Assembly (NCBI GenBank): GCA_964589575.1
Contig: CAZPSE010000005.1
Span: forward strand, 1,611-65,610
Length of the DNA stretch: 64,000 nt
Source: an uncultured Gammaproteobacteria bacterium
GTDB taxonomy: Bacteria; Pseudomonadota; Gammaproteobacteria; QNFE01; CAZPSE01
Direction of reading: 5' to 3'
Of the stretch, positions 39,945-48,621 are shown piece by piece (position 1 is the stretch's first letter; each line of letters starts with the position of its first letter). The position numbers and the translations under genes were made by a program. Below the pieces are notes generated by a model, which was not told where the DNA came from, searched no databases, and saw only the letters and a program-made list of their open reading frames with translations.

Positions 39945-40154
39945 TTAAGGGCTAAATTAATAATAAGACTATTGGTGAAGTGTGTAACAACAACGTAAGT
40001 GTTAATTTGTAATCTCGTCCTACGGGGCTTAGCGAAAATTGTAGTATCTTCGTTCTCGTTTTTCGACAGGAAATAATCATGGCTTTAAAACGATGCTTCG
40101 ATATTGAAATTTGGCGTTGCCAGAATTTATGATACCTTTTCAGGTTTTACTTAA
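39945..40154. repeat. MITE-like repeat, copy D (mosaic of the A-left and C modules)
   Basis: CTCGTCCTACGGGGCTTAGC matches copy A (CTCGCCCTACGGGGCTTAGC). The 40040..40136 stretch is the reverse complement of copy C. Both terminal inverted repeats are degenerate. Confidence 0.5.
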
Positions 40155-40235
40155 ATAGGAAAAAAGACTAAATTAGTTGTTCTTGTTATCTAAAAGAGGT
40201 TAAAAGCAATGCCTGTTCCTATTGAAACAGGCACT

Positions 40236-40439
40236 TTAAGTGGTGTAAAACGTACTATCGTAAACATTCATTATAGATTCTAACTCGCTAAGCACGCTTG
40301 CATGAAGCGTTTGATCTAATTTACTAATTTCATCAAAAGATTGGGATTGTTTTAATTTTTCAATACATAAATAAACATGTTTGCAGCCTTTTTCACAAAT
40401 TTTGGTCACAATAATGTCGATAGTGAAATCTTTTGTCAT
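40236..40439 (-). CDS. Hypothetical 67-aa Cys-containing protein between two MITE copies
   Basis: MTKDFTIDIIVTKICEKGCKHVYLCIEK... Only ORF in the 1-kb repeat-filled gap. Coding status uncertain. Confidence 0.3.
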   Translation of the reverse strand: MTKDFTIDIIVTKICEKGCKHVYLCIEKLKQSQSFDEISKLDQTLHASVLSELESIMNVYDSTFYTT

Positions 40440-40469
40440 AATTTATCATTTCTTTTCAGATAGGTTATT

Positions 40470-40784
40470 TTAAGGAAGTCCTGATTAACTACATACTATC
40501 TGGCAACGCCCAAGTTTTATCTAGCTATGCCTACAAGGATGTAGGTAGTAGGGCAATGCAGGAGCAATTGCCGAGGCTTGCTTTTGCAGTGCCATCTCGA
40601 TACCACAAAAAAGCATAACGACGCTAGATGAAACTTGGCTAAGCCCCGTAGGGCAATCTTTCAAGCGCGCATCTGCTGCGTTGAGTCCCTTATCAATGGA
40701 ATGACCATTGACTGCGGAACACGCCTTGCATCTGCACGCTTGAAAGAGTGCAGATAATGCGTAGTTAATCAGGATTTCCTTAAT
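40470..40784. repeat. MITE-like repeat, copy B (315 bp, near-perfect 21-bp terminal inverted repeats)
   Basis: TTAAGGAAGTCCTGATTAACT ... AGTTAATCAGGATTTCCTTAA. Interior about 85% identical to copy A. Confidence 0.75.
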
Positions 40785-40876
40785 CAAAATAATAGCCACT
40801 ATCTACCAAAAGAGAGTTATTTTTTTGATTGGATAAAAGAGTAAAATAACCGCATCTATAAATACGAGGCTGATTC

Positions 40877-42322
40877 GTGGATTTTTTACCAATTTTTGTC
40901 AATGTCCAACAACAAAAATGTTTAGTGGTGGGTGCAGGCAAAGTAGCCGCCAGAAAAATTGATTTATTAACGCAAGCAGGCGCACAAGTTAATGTGGTTT
41001 CGCTAGATATTTGCAGAGAATGTTTGGTATTTGAAGACCAAGGAAAAATAACTTATTTTAAACGAGAATTTTTAGAAAGTGATATAGACGGTTGCCATAT
41101 AGTTATTGCAGCAACCGATGACAAAGCCATTAATGAACATGTTTCTATATTAGCTAAAGCCAAACAAATACCCGTAAACGTGGTAGATTCGCCCGAATTG
41201 TGCAGTTTTATAATGCCGTCAATGGTTGACCGTTCACCGGTGCAAATTGCTATTTCTACAGGTGGCGCATCGCCCGTTTTAGCGCGTACTATTCGTACCA
41301 AACTAGAAACCTGCATACCCGCAGGTTACGGTAAATTAGCCAAGCTATTAGAGTCTTTTAGAGTATCGGTGAAAGAACGTTTTGACAATGTAGATAAACG
41401 CCGTATTTTTTGGGAAAATGTATTACAAGGCCCCATACCAGAACTCATATTTTCAGACCAAAAAGATAAGGCCAATAAAGCCTTACAAAACGCCATAGAC
41501 GATGGCAAAGAACACCCCGATTTTGACGGTGAAGTATACCTAGTAGGCGCAGGGCCAGGTGACCCAGACTTATTGTCATTTAAAGCGTTACGCCTAATGC
41601 AATCTTGCGATGTTGTTGTATATGACCGCTTAGTATCACTGCCTATTTTAGATTTAGTACGCCGTGATGCAGAACGCGTATACGCAGGTAAAGAACGTTC
41701 TAATCATGCGATAGCACAAGAAAATATTAACCAACTATTGGCAGACTTAGCCAAAGAAGGTAAACGTGTTTTACGTTTAAAAGGTGGCGACCCATTTATA
41801 TTTGGGCGCGGTGGCGAAGAAATTGAAACCTTAATAGATGAAGGCATTAGCTTTCAGGTAGTGCCGGGTATAACCGCAGCCCAAGGTTGCGCGAGCTATG
41901 CGGGTATACCGCTAACGCACCGCGATTATTCGCAAGCGTGTATTTTTGTAACGGGTCATTTAAAAAATGAAACGACCGATTTAAATTGGGACATGCTGGC
42001 ACATAAAAACCAAACTATTGTTTTTTATATGGGTTTACAAGCAGTTAAAGTAATCAGTAAAAAATTAATAGAACACGGCTTAGATGCTTCTACACCTGCG
42101 GCATTAATACAAAAAGGCACCACACCAGACCAAAAAGTAGTGATTGGTGATTTAACCAATTTAGAAGAATTGGTGCGTATTAACGACATTAAACCACCAA
42201 CATTAATTGTAGTGGGTGATGTGGTTAAACTGCACGAAAAGTTAAGCTGGTTTAAGCCAGGCCAAGAAATTGAAGCAGACAGTCTAAAGAGGATGGGTAA
42301 TGAAAAACCTTTTAATTTATAA
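40877..42322 (+). CDS. cysG: Siroheme synthase (precorrin-2 dehydrogenase/ferrochelatase plus uroporphyrinogen-III methyltransferase)
   Basis: N-terminal Rossmann VVGAGKVAARK. C-terminal SUMT motifs VYLVGAGPGDPDLLS and LKGGDPFIFGRGGEE. 481 aa. Confidence 0.9.
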   Translation: MDFLPIFVNVQQQKCLVVGAGKVAARKIDLLTQAGAQVNVVSLDICRECLVFEDQGKITYFKREFLESDIDGCHIVIAATDDKAINEHVSILAKAKQIPVNVVDSPELCSFIMPSMVDRSPVQIAISTGGASPVLARTIRTKLETCIPAGYGKLAKLLESFRVSVKERFDNVDKRRIFWENVLQGPIPELIFSDQKDKANKALQNAIDDGKEHPDFDGEVYLVGAGPGDPDLLSFKALRLMQSCDVVVYDRLVSLPILDLVRRDAERVYAGKERSNHAIAQENINQLLADLAKEGKRVLRLKGGDPFIFGRGGEEIETLIDEGISFQVVPGITAAQGCASYAGIPLTHRDYSQACIFVTGHLKNETTDLNWDMLAHKNQTIVFYMGLQAVKVISKKLIEHGLDASTPAALIQKGTTPDQKVVIGDLTNLEELVRINDIKPPTLIVVGDVVKLHEKLSWFKPGQEIEADSLKRMGNEKPFNL

Positions 42323-42496
42323 ATGTTAGGGCTAATATTAGTCGCGCTATTTTTTATCACCATTATTGTTTGTTCAATATGGAGTTTTATAATAGCGAAG
42401 AAGAAAGGGTTAAATCCTATTTATTGGGCATTTATGGGGCTTATTTGTGGGCCATTTGTGGTAATGATGGTATCAAAAGAACCATCTAAAAAGTAA
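42323..42496 (+). CDS. Possible 57-aa two-TM membrane peptide; its ATG directly follows the cysG stop
   Basis: MLGLILVALFFITIIVCSIWSFIIAKKKGLNPIYWAFMGLICGPFVVMMVSKEPSKK. Below the ORF-track cutoff. Found by reading the sequence. Confidence 0.35.
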   Translation: MLGLILVALFFITIIVCSIWSFIIAKKKGLNPIYWAFMGLICGPFVVMMVSKEPSKK

Positions 42497-42647
42497 CCCT
42501 ATCACGCTGAAAATCGCCAGCTCTTCGTTAAAAATTGATTACTTACACTGGTAAGCGCACAATTTTCGCCTTGATATGACGAGTTTCAGCGGTGACAAAC
42601 TGTCGGTTTTTCCTCGGTCTGAGGAACTTGAAAGTGACCTGCTAAAG

Positions 42648-43544
42648 CTAATTATAATCAGGCTCATACTGATAAATTTTTACATAGTTGCTGTAACGTT
42701 CTGCAAAAATTTTACCATGGCTAACCGCTTGTTTAATTACACAGTGTTTTTCTGGCTCTGCTATGTGCTGGCAATTGTTAAAGCGGCAATCTTGCGCCAA
42801 GTCTCTAAACTCTTCAAAGCCGTGCTGAATATCTTGTTTTTCAAAGTGGCTTACATCAAAACTTCGTACACCGGGTGAGTCGATAATTTTTGTATTGTTT
42901 GGCAAGTTAAACAATTCTGAATGGGTTGTGGTGTGTTTACCTAACTGGCTGTTTTCAGACAGTTCACCAATACGTAAAGACAATTCTGGTACAACCTCTT
43001 GTATTAACGATGATTTACCCACGCCCGATTCACCCGCAAAAATACTGGTTTGATTGGTTAAATAATGGCGCAGTTTGTTTATAGATTCTTCATCGTTAAT
43101 GGATGTGCTAATAACGGTAATATTTAATTTTTCATAAACAGGCATTAAAGCCTCAACAATGGCTTTTTGTTCAGCATCTTTATGCAATAAGTCAGACTTA
43201 TTAAAAATTAAACAAGCCGATAATTTAAGCGTAGCTGCAGCGATGAGGTAGCGGTCCAACATTTCGCTTTTAATACCCGGAAAGGGCGCGCAAACAATGC
43301 ATAACTGGCTTAAATTAGCGGCAATGGGTTTGACTTGTTTTCTAAAACCGGTGCGGCTTAAAACATTATTGCGCTTTAAAATTTTGGTGATAATGGGCTG
43401 GTCGGTGATAATTTCGTATTCTACAAAATCACCGCATACCGCTTTAGAGGCTTTTGTACGGCTAAAAACCGTTAATTGTTTATTGCCGTCTTGTATAACA
43501 AATTGCTTGCCAACTTGCTTAATAACTTGAGCGGTTAAAACCAC
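42648..43544 (-). CDS. rsgA: Ribosome small-subunit-dependent GTPase A
   Basis: N-terminal OB fold. Circularly permuted GTPase motifs (IFNKSDL, GESGVGKSSL). C-terminal zinc finger CRFNNCQH. GTG start. Confidence 0.85.
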   Translation of the reverse strand: MVLTAQVIKQVGKQFVIQDGNKQLTVFSRTKASKAVCGDFVEYEIITDQPIITKILKRNNVLSRTGFRKQVKPIAANLSQLCIVCAPFPGIKSEMLDRYLIAAATLKLSACLIFNKSDLLHKDAEQKAIVEALMPVYEKLNITVISTSINDEESINKLRHYLTNQTSIFAGESGVGKSSLIQEVVPELSLRIGELSENSQLGKHTTTHSELFNLPNNTKIIDSPGVRSFDVSHFEKQDIQHGFEEFRDLAQDCRFNNCQHIAEPEKHCVIKQAVSHGKIFAERYSNYVKIYQYEPDYN

Positions 43545-43825
43545 TAAAAATTATAAAAGGTCTTGTTTAAAAATTGTACAACTTCTTCTGTTTCATCTTC
43601 AAACCAACTGGCATTACCGGGTGTCATGCACCTTTTAACTTGTTTTCTTAATTGCGGTAACGATTGCATTTTGTGGTTGGCTGGTTGGTAAACACTATCG
43701 CCATGGCATTTAGTGCAATTATCGTCTAATAATTCGCGGGCATTATTATCGTTTGCAAAGCTTATGTTAATGCTAAATAAGCTCAGTAAAGCGACTGCTG
43801 ATAAAAGTTTTTTTATAGTGTTCAA
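43544..43825 (-). CDS. Small secreted CxxCH protein (putative monohaem c-type cytochrome)
   Basis: Signal peptide and a single CTKCHG haem-binding motif. 93 aa. Its stop overlaps the rsgA start by 1 nt and its start overlaps the upstream M48 gene stop (ATGA). Confidence 0.5.
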   Translation of the reverse strand: MNTIKKLLSAVALLSLFSINISFANDNNARELLDDNCTKCHGDSVYQPANHKMQSLPQLRKQVKRCMTPGNASWFEDETEEVVQFLNKTFYNF

Positions 43826-45078
43826 TTTAACGCTCCAACTTTTTTTAAATGATCAATACGTATAGTAGCAGGTGGGTGCGAATCATAAAAGCTAGAATAA
43901 AGTGTGTCGGGCGTTAAAGTGCTGGCATTTTCTTTATACATAGACACCAATGCCGTAATTAAATCCTCTGCAGACGCTTGTTGCGATGCAAACTCGTCTG
44001 CCTCAAACTCGTGTTTGCGCGATAAATAACTAAAAGCCGGTTGCAGCATAAAAGTAAATACCGGCATAACCAACAAAAACAACAATAAGGCAACAGCGGT
44101 AGATGAAGTCTCTATTGCCATTTGTGTATAAAACCAGTCTTGTTTCATAATCCAACCTAAAATGGCCAAACCAATCAAATTGCTTATTGCCATAAAAGCG
44201 ATGCTTTTTACAATGTGCTTATGTTTAAAATGGCCTAACTCGTGTGCCAATACAGCCTCTACTTGGTTATGAGTTAATGACTCTAGCAATGTGTCGTAAA
44301 AAACAATACGCTTATTTGCACCAAAACCCGTAAAGTAAGCATTACCATGACCTGACCTTTTAGAGCCGTCCATCACATATACGCCTTTGCTTTTAAAACC
44401 ACAGCGGTTTAATAGTTGGGTGATTTTTTCCATTAAATCTTTATCTTCAAGCTCACTAAACTTATTAAAAATGGGTGCAATAAAAACAGGGTACGCCCAC
44501 ATAAGCAGTAAGTTGAATGCCATAAACACCGCCCAAGCGTAAAACCACCAGTACTCACCGGCGGTTGCCATTAAGGTAAGTATGACCCAAATAAGTGGTA
44601 CACCAATAACTAAACCTAAGCCGACACCTTTAAACATGTCTACAAAAAAGGTTTTTAAGGTGGTTTTATTAAAGCCAAATTTTTCTTCAATAACAAAGGT
44701 ACTGTAAAGTGAAAAAGGTAAGCTGATAATTGAACCAATAAATGTAAATACCAGCAATAAAGTAATGCCCGACACTATTGGCGAATAACCTAAAGTAATA
44801 ACCCATTCGTTAAGTAAGTTTAAGCCACCGCCGACTGTCCAAAATAATAAAATGAGTGTATCTAAAATCATCTCGAACTGGCCTACACGTATTTTTGTGG
44901 TAGTGTATTTTGCCGCTTTTTGATGTTCTTCTAACGTGATTTTATCGCTAAATTGATCGGGTACTTTATCAAAGTTAGTTTGAACAGAACGAATTTGGCG
45001 CAGGTTTAACCAAAACTTAGTAAGGAAAAATAGCGCGACAAAAAATAAAAAAAGTTGAGAAAACTCGATGTTATTCAT
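43822..45078 (-). CDS. M48-family zinc metalloprotease (HtpX/Ste24-like), integral membrane
   Basis: Multiple N-terminal TM helices. HELGHFKH (HExxH) zinc motif. 418 aa. Confidence 0.8.
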   Translation of the reverse strand: MNNIEFSQLFLFFVALFFLTKFWLNLRQIRSVQTNFDKVPDQFSDKITLEEHQKAAKYTTTKIRVGQFEMILDTLILLFWTVGGGLNLLNEWVITLGYSPIVSGITLLLVFTFIGSIISLPFSLYSTFVIEEKFGFNKTTLKTFFVDMFKGVGLGLVIGVPLIWVILTLMATAGEYWWFYAWAVFMAFNLLLMWAYPVFIAPIFNKFSELEDKDLMEKITQLLNRCGFKSKGVYVMDGSKRSGHGNAYFTGFGANKRIVFYDTLLESLTHNQVEAVLAHELGHFKHKHIVKSIAFMAISNLIGLAILGWIMKQDWFYTQMAIETSSTAVALLLFLLVMPVFTFMLQPAFSYLSRKHEFEADEFASQQASAEDLITALVSMYKENASTLTPDTLYSSFYDSHPPATIRIDHLKKVGALN

Positions 45079-45144
45079 AAAAATACAAGGCTGATATAAA
45101 TGATAAGGTTATTATAGGTTATATAGATTACCGAGAACAAAAAG

Positions 45145-45687
45145 ATGATAAACGATAATAATTTAATTTGGATCGACTTAGAAATGACCGGTTTAGAACC
45201 GCAGCAAGATACCATTATAGAAATTGCGACGATTATTACCGATGCCCAATTAAATATATTGGCAGAAGGGCCCATGCTTGCCATTAAAACCGAAAAAACA
45301 ATAATGGCCGGCATGGACGAATGGAATACTAAACAACATGGTGGTTCGGGTTTAAGCCTGCGCGTTTTAAACAGTGAACATACAATGGCCGGTGCAGAAC
45401 AGCAAACCATCGACTTTTTAAAACAATGGGTACCTGCAAAAAAATCGCCAATGGCGGGTAACTCTATATGTCAAGACAGGCGCTTTATGGCACGGTTAAT
45501 GCCAAACTTAGAAGCCTACTTTCATTACCGTAACTTAGATGTTAGTACCTTAAAAGAATTGGTATCACGATGGAAACCAGAATTAGCAAAAGGTTTTAAA
45601 AAAGACAGCGAACACTTAGCCTTAGCCGACATTAAAGACTCCATAAACGAGATGAAATATTACCGCGAAGTGGCTTTAAAAATATAG
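45145..45687 (+). CDS. orn: Oligoribonuclease
   Basis: DEDDh exonuclease motifs ([11 protein letters not shown] ... H). 180 aa. Conserved divergent-neighbour relation to rsgA as in E. coli. Confidence 0.95.
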   Translation: MINDNNLIWIDLEMTGLEPQQDTIIEIATIITDAQLNILAEGPMLAIKTEKTIMAGMDEWNTKQHGGSGLSLRVLNSEHTMAGAEQQTIDFLKQWVPAKKSPMAGNSICQDRRFMARLMPNLEAYFHYRNLDVSTLKELVSRWKPELAKGFKKDSEHLALADIKDSINEMKYYREVALKI

Positions 45688-45704
45688 TGTGAGACTTTTT
45701 GATT

Positions 45705-45785
45705 TTTTTTACATGGATGGTCAGGATAAAAGCGGATAAAAACTTTAATATCGGCTTTTATCCTGTCCATCCATGCCGCTTAGTT
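45705..45785. repeat. Hairpin element ACATGGATGGTCAGGATAAAAGC ... GCTTTTATCCTGTCCATCCATG
   Basis: 22-bp arms with 1 mismatch around a ~30-bp loop. Preceded by a T-run after orn. Same end-motif family as 16127..16246. Confidence 0.5.
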
Positions 45786-45824
45786 TTTCTCTTATCTAGA
45801 TAATAACCCATGTAAGCACAAGGC

Positions 45825-45895
45825 TAAGGGGTCGCACGCATAATGCTCCCAGCAACTCTGTGCACCCACGTCCGTGTAGGCAACGAAATAAGCCT
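45825..45895. repeat. REP-like palindromic element, copy 3
   Basis: CTAAGGGGTCGCACGCATAATGCTCCCAGCAACTCTGTGCACCCACGTCCGTGTAGGCAACGAAA. Confidence 0.6.
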
Positions 45896-45941
45896 ATTTC
45901 ACGCTCTTTGCTTGTTGTATTTATGAGCAAGCCTTGCTTGC

Positions 45942-46559
45942 TTATTTTTCTTGCTTCATTTCTGCTAAGGACAGTTTGATAATTTGATACGCCGAGCTTA
46001 AAAACAAACTGGCCATCACAATGGCAATAATCACATCGGGCAGGCCGCTACTGCTTACCCAAACACCGCTGGCTGCTACTATAATCATCAAGTTACCAAT
46101 AGCATCGTTACGGCTGCATAACCAAACAGAGCGCACGTTGGCATCGCCTTCTTTATATTTTAACAATATGAGTACAGAAAACATATTGGCAGCAAACGCC
46201 AGCAAACCAATAGAGCCCATTATAAAAACATCGGGCGTTTGTAAATAAAAAATACGGTACACGCTGCTAATTAAAACCCACAGTCCCATAATCGCTAAGG
46301 TAATGCCCTTAAATAACGCCACTTTAGAACGTACAGATAAAGAGTAACCAATAGCAATAAGGCTAATGGTGTAGGTTACAGCATCGCCTAAAAAGTCCAA
46401 AGCATCGGCAAACAATGCTTGAGACTGTGCATAAGCACCTGCATAAATTTCTATCACAAACATAGAGGCGTTGATAAATATAATTATCCAAAGTATTTTT
46501 ATATATTGCTTCGACATACCGTCAAAGGTTTTATTGGTACTACAAGCACAGCCAGACAT
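45942..46559 (-). CDS. Cation diffusion facilitator (CDF) family transporter, short form
   Basis: TM-domain motifs of the CDF family (ADALDFLGDAVTYTISL). 205 aa, with no recognisable cytoplasmic C-terminal domain. Confidence 0.7.
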   Translation of the reverse strand: MSGCACSTNKTFDGMSKQYIKILWIIIFINASMFVIEIYAGAYAQSQALFADALDFLGDAVTYTISLIAIGYSLSVRSKVALFKGITLAIMGLWVLISSVYRIFYLQTPDVFIMGSIGLLAFAANMFSVLILLKYKEGDANVRSVWLCSRNDAIGNLMIIVAASGVWVSSSGLPDVIIAIVMASLFLSSAYQIIKLSLAEMKQEK

Positions 46560-46573
46560 GGTATTACCTTGAT

Positions 46574-47041
46574 ATGAAATTAGAATACAGGTATTGTAAT
46601 AGCTATAGTAACTATAGGGTCAAGCAAATGTTTACCATTGGTAAATTGTCTAAACAAACCGAAACCAACATTCAAACTATTAGGTATTACGAAACGATAA
46701 CATTGATGCCAAAAGTCGCAAGGTCAGAATCTAACCAGCGGTTGTATACACAGCAACATGCAGAGCGATTAAAGTTTATAAGGCACAGCCGCAGTTTGGG
46801 TTTTTCGTTAGACAATATTCGCCAACTACTTAGCTTAATTGATAAACCCAATAACTCGTGTAGCGAGGTGGACATGATTGCCAAGCAACAATTAAAAACG
46901 GTCAAACAAAAAATAAAAATTTTAAAATCATTACAAAAAGAATTTGAACGAATGATAGGGCAATGCAGTGGCGACAAAATTGCCGACTGTAAAATAATTG
47001 ACGTGTTGTCTAACCACGACTTATGCTTAGGCAAACACTAA
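46574..47041 (+). CDS. MerR-family metal-responsive regulator (ZntR/CadR-like)
   Basis: HTH (FTIGKLSKQTETNIQTIRYYE), a dimerisation helix, and C-terminal Cys ligands (CSGDKIADC). Divergent from the CDF gene. The true start is probably the internal MFTIGKL. Confidence 0.75.
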   Translation: MKLEYRYCNSYSNYRVKQMFTIGKLSKQTETNIQTIRYYETITLMPKVARSESNQRLYTQQHAERLKFIRHSRSLGFSLDNIRQLLSLIDKPNNSCSEVDMIAKQQLKTVKQKIKILKSLQKEFERMIGQCSGDKIADCKIIDVLSNHDLCLGKH

Positions 47042-47094
47042 ATATTAAGACCTTAAAAAGGCCAATTTCGTCGACCCCTTGCTATGTATACATT

Positions 47095-47973
47095 TTAAAT
47101 GTCAACAATAAGCTGTTTATAATCAAATTTTTGTTTAATTAGTTTGTTAAATAAAAACACCTCTTGTAAATTATCAAAAGACGACTGGCTAATACGGTGG
47201 TTTTTAGACCAACAACCCATTTGTTGATAATAATGAATGGTTTCTATTAATAAAAACGTGTCATCTTGTTTAAAAAATTGGCCAACTAAATTGGCTAACT
47301 GTGTTGCAGGTAAATTTACTGCCATTTGTATTGCTTGTTTATAGGCCACTAAAAAGGCTTGTATTTTTGGCGTATTCACTTCATTTTTATGGCAGCATAA
47401 ACTGCTAAAGGCAATGTCGTCTAAAGCTTCGCCAACGGTGGTTTGTATTTGCGCGCTTAAACCCACAGCCAATTTTTGTGCAGTAGGGCCTTGGGTATGC
47501 ATGTAGTCGCCATGCCCATCTTTAAAATGCTGTTCCATTTGTTCTACGTTACCTGCATCTATTACGTCAACATCGTTTAAAGACAAACCGTGTTGGTGTA
47601 ATACATAACTTAACGTCGCCAACGGTTGAAAAAGGTGGTCAACTAATACTTTTTTTCCGACCAGGTCTTGCCATTTAAATGGAGCTTGAGGATGACGTGC
47701 AACAATAAAAAAACCGTCTTTTTGATTTATTTGTGCAAAGTGTATTAAGTTACTTTTAGTACCACTTTCTAAAAGGCCAAAACTTGCAGCCACCGCATAT
47801 TGCGACACATCGGCAGAGCCATTATTAATGCAATTTTCTACGGTATTGTTTGGTGTCGCTACGGTGTAATGATGCTTTAAACCTTGTTGTTTTAATAAAC
47901 CTGCGCCCATAGTAAGTAAGTAAGGGGTGTAAAATGCCGAATGCCTAAGTGACATTAAATTTATTGTTTGCAC
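47095..47973 (-). CDS. NMT1/THI5-like (SsuA-type) substrate-binding-fold protein with no signal peptide
   Basis: Periplasmic-binding-protein type II fold signatures are weak (GKKVLVDHL...). Assignment tentative. Confidence 0.4.
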   Translation of the reverse strand: MQTINLMSLRHSAFYTPYLLTMGAGLLKQQGLKHHYTVATPNNTVENCINNGSADVSQYAVAASFGLLESGTKSNLIHFAQINQKDGFFIVARHPQAPFKWQDLVGKKVLVDHLFQPLATLSYVLHQHGLSLNDVDVIDAGNVEQMEQHFKDGHGDYMHTQGPTAQKLAVGLSAQIQTTVGEALDDIAFSSLCCHKNEVNTPKIQAFLVAYKQAIQMAVNLPATQLANLVGQFFKQDDTFLLIETIHYYQQMGCWSKNHRISQSSFDNLQEVFLFNKLIKQKFDYKQLIVDI

Positions 47974-48086
47974 ATTAAAGCCTACTAAAACCAGTATCTA
48001 AACAGTGTAAACTACAAAACCATTTAAATGAAGATAATTTGGTTAATAATTAACCATTAATAACGCTTAAAAACCTAAATAACATT

Positions 48087-48332
48087 ATGAAAATTTTAAT
48101 AAGAAACCTCGATAGAAATGTTACCGAGTATGAACTAGAAGCCATGTTTGAAGAATATGGAGATGTTCAATCATGCAATATCGTACTGGATAAAAAAACA
48201 GGAGAATCTAAAGGTTTTGCTTTTGTAGAAATGCCAAAGCAGGGTGAAGCTAAAATAGCGATAAAAAATCTAAACTATAAAGATATTGAAGGCAGTAAGT
48301 TACGCGTTAAAAAAGCAGAAAGTAAAGAGTAA
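48087..48332 (+). CDS. RRM-type RNA-binding protein
   Basis: RNP-2 ILIRNL and RNP-1 KGFAFVEM. 81 aa. Confidence 0.85.
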   Translation: MKILIRNLDRNVTEYELEAMFEEYGDVQSCNIVLDKKTGESKGFAFVEMPKQGEAKIAIKNLNYKDIEGSKLRVKKAESKE

Positions 48333-48333
48333 C

Positions 48334-48525
48334 TTATTGGTTATTGTTGGTAGGTGGGTTAATCAGGTCTTCCTTAAATAAACGAATCAACTTTTCTACT
48401 TGTTGTGTGCAACAGCCAACCCCCACTGTGGCATAGGTTTTTGCTTTCACTTCTGCAACGGTTATTGCCCCATTAGTAATGGCGTTGATAATTAGCCTTT
48501 TGGGTACTTCGTTACAAACATACAA
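48334..48525 (-). CDS. Possible degenerate BFD-like [2Fe-2S]-binding-domain protein; its C-terminus is encoded by a solo MITE inverted repeat
   Basis: MYVCNEV...AITNGAITVAEVKAKTYATVGVGCC resembles the Bfd C-x-C...G-x-G-C-G-x-C pattern but keeps only 3 Cys. The last about 12 codons lie in GTTAATCAGGTCTTCCTTAA (48359..48378). Confidence 0.3.
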   Translation of the reverse strand: MYVCNEVPKRLIINAITNGAITVAEVKAKTYATVGVGCCTQQVEKLIRLFKEDLINPPTNNNQ

Positions 48526-48621
48526 TTTTTGTCTAAATTATATTTTAGAATTTGATTCAAAGCTTTAATACTTTTACTAAATCAGTTGTAGCTGTAAAAG
48601 GGGTAGATAAAAATTGAAGCA

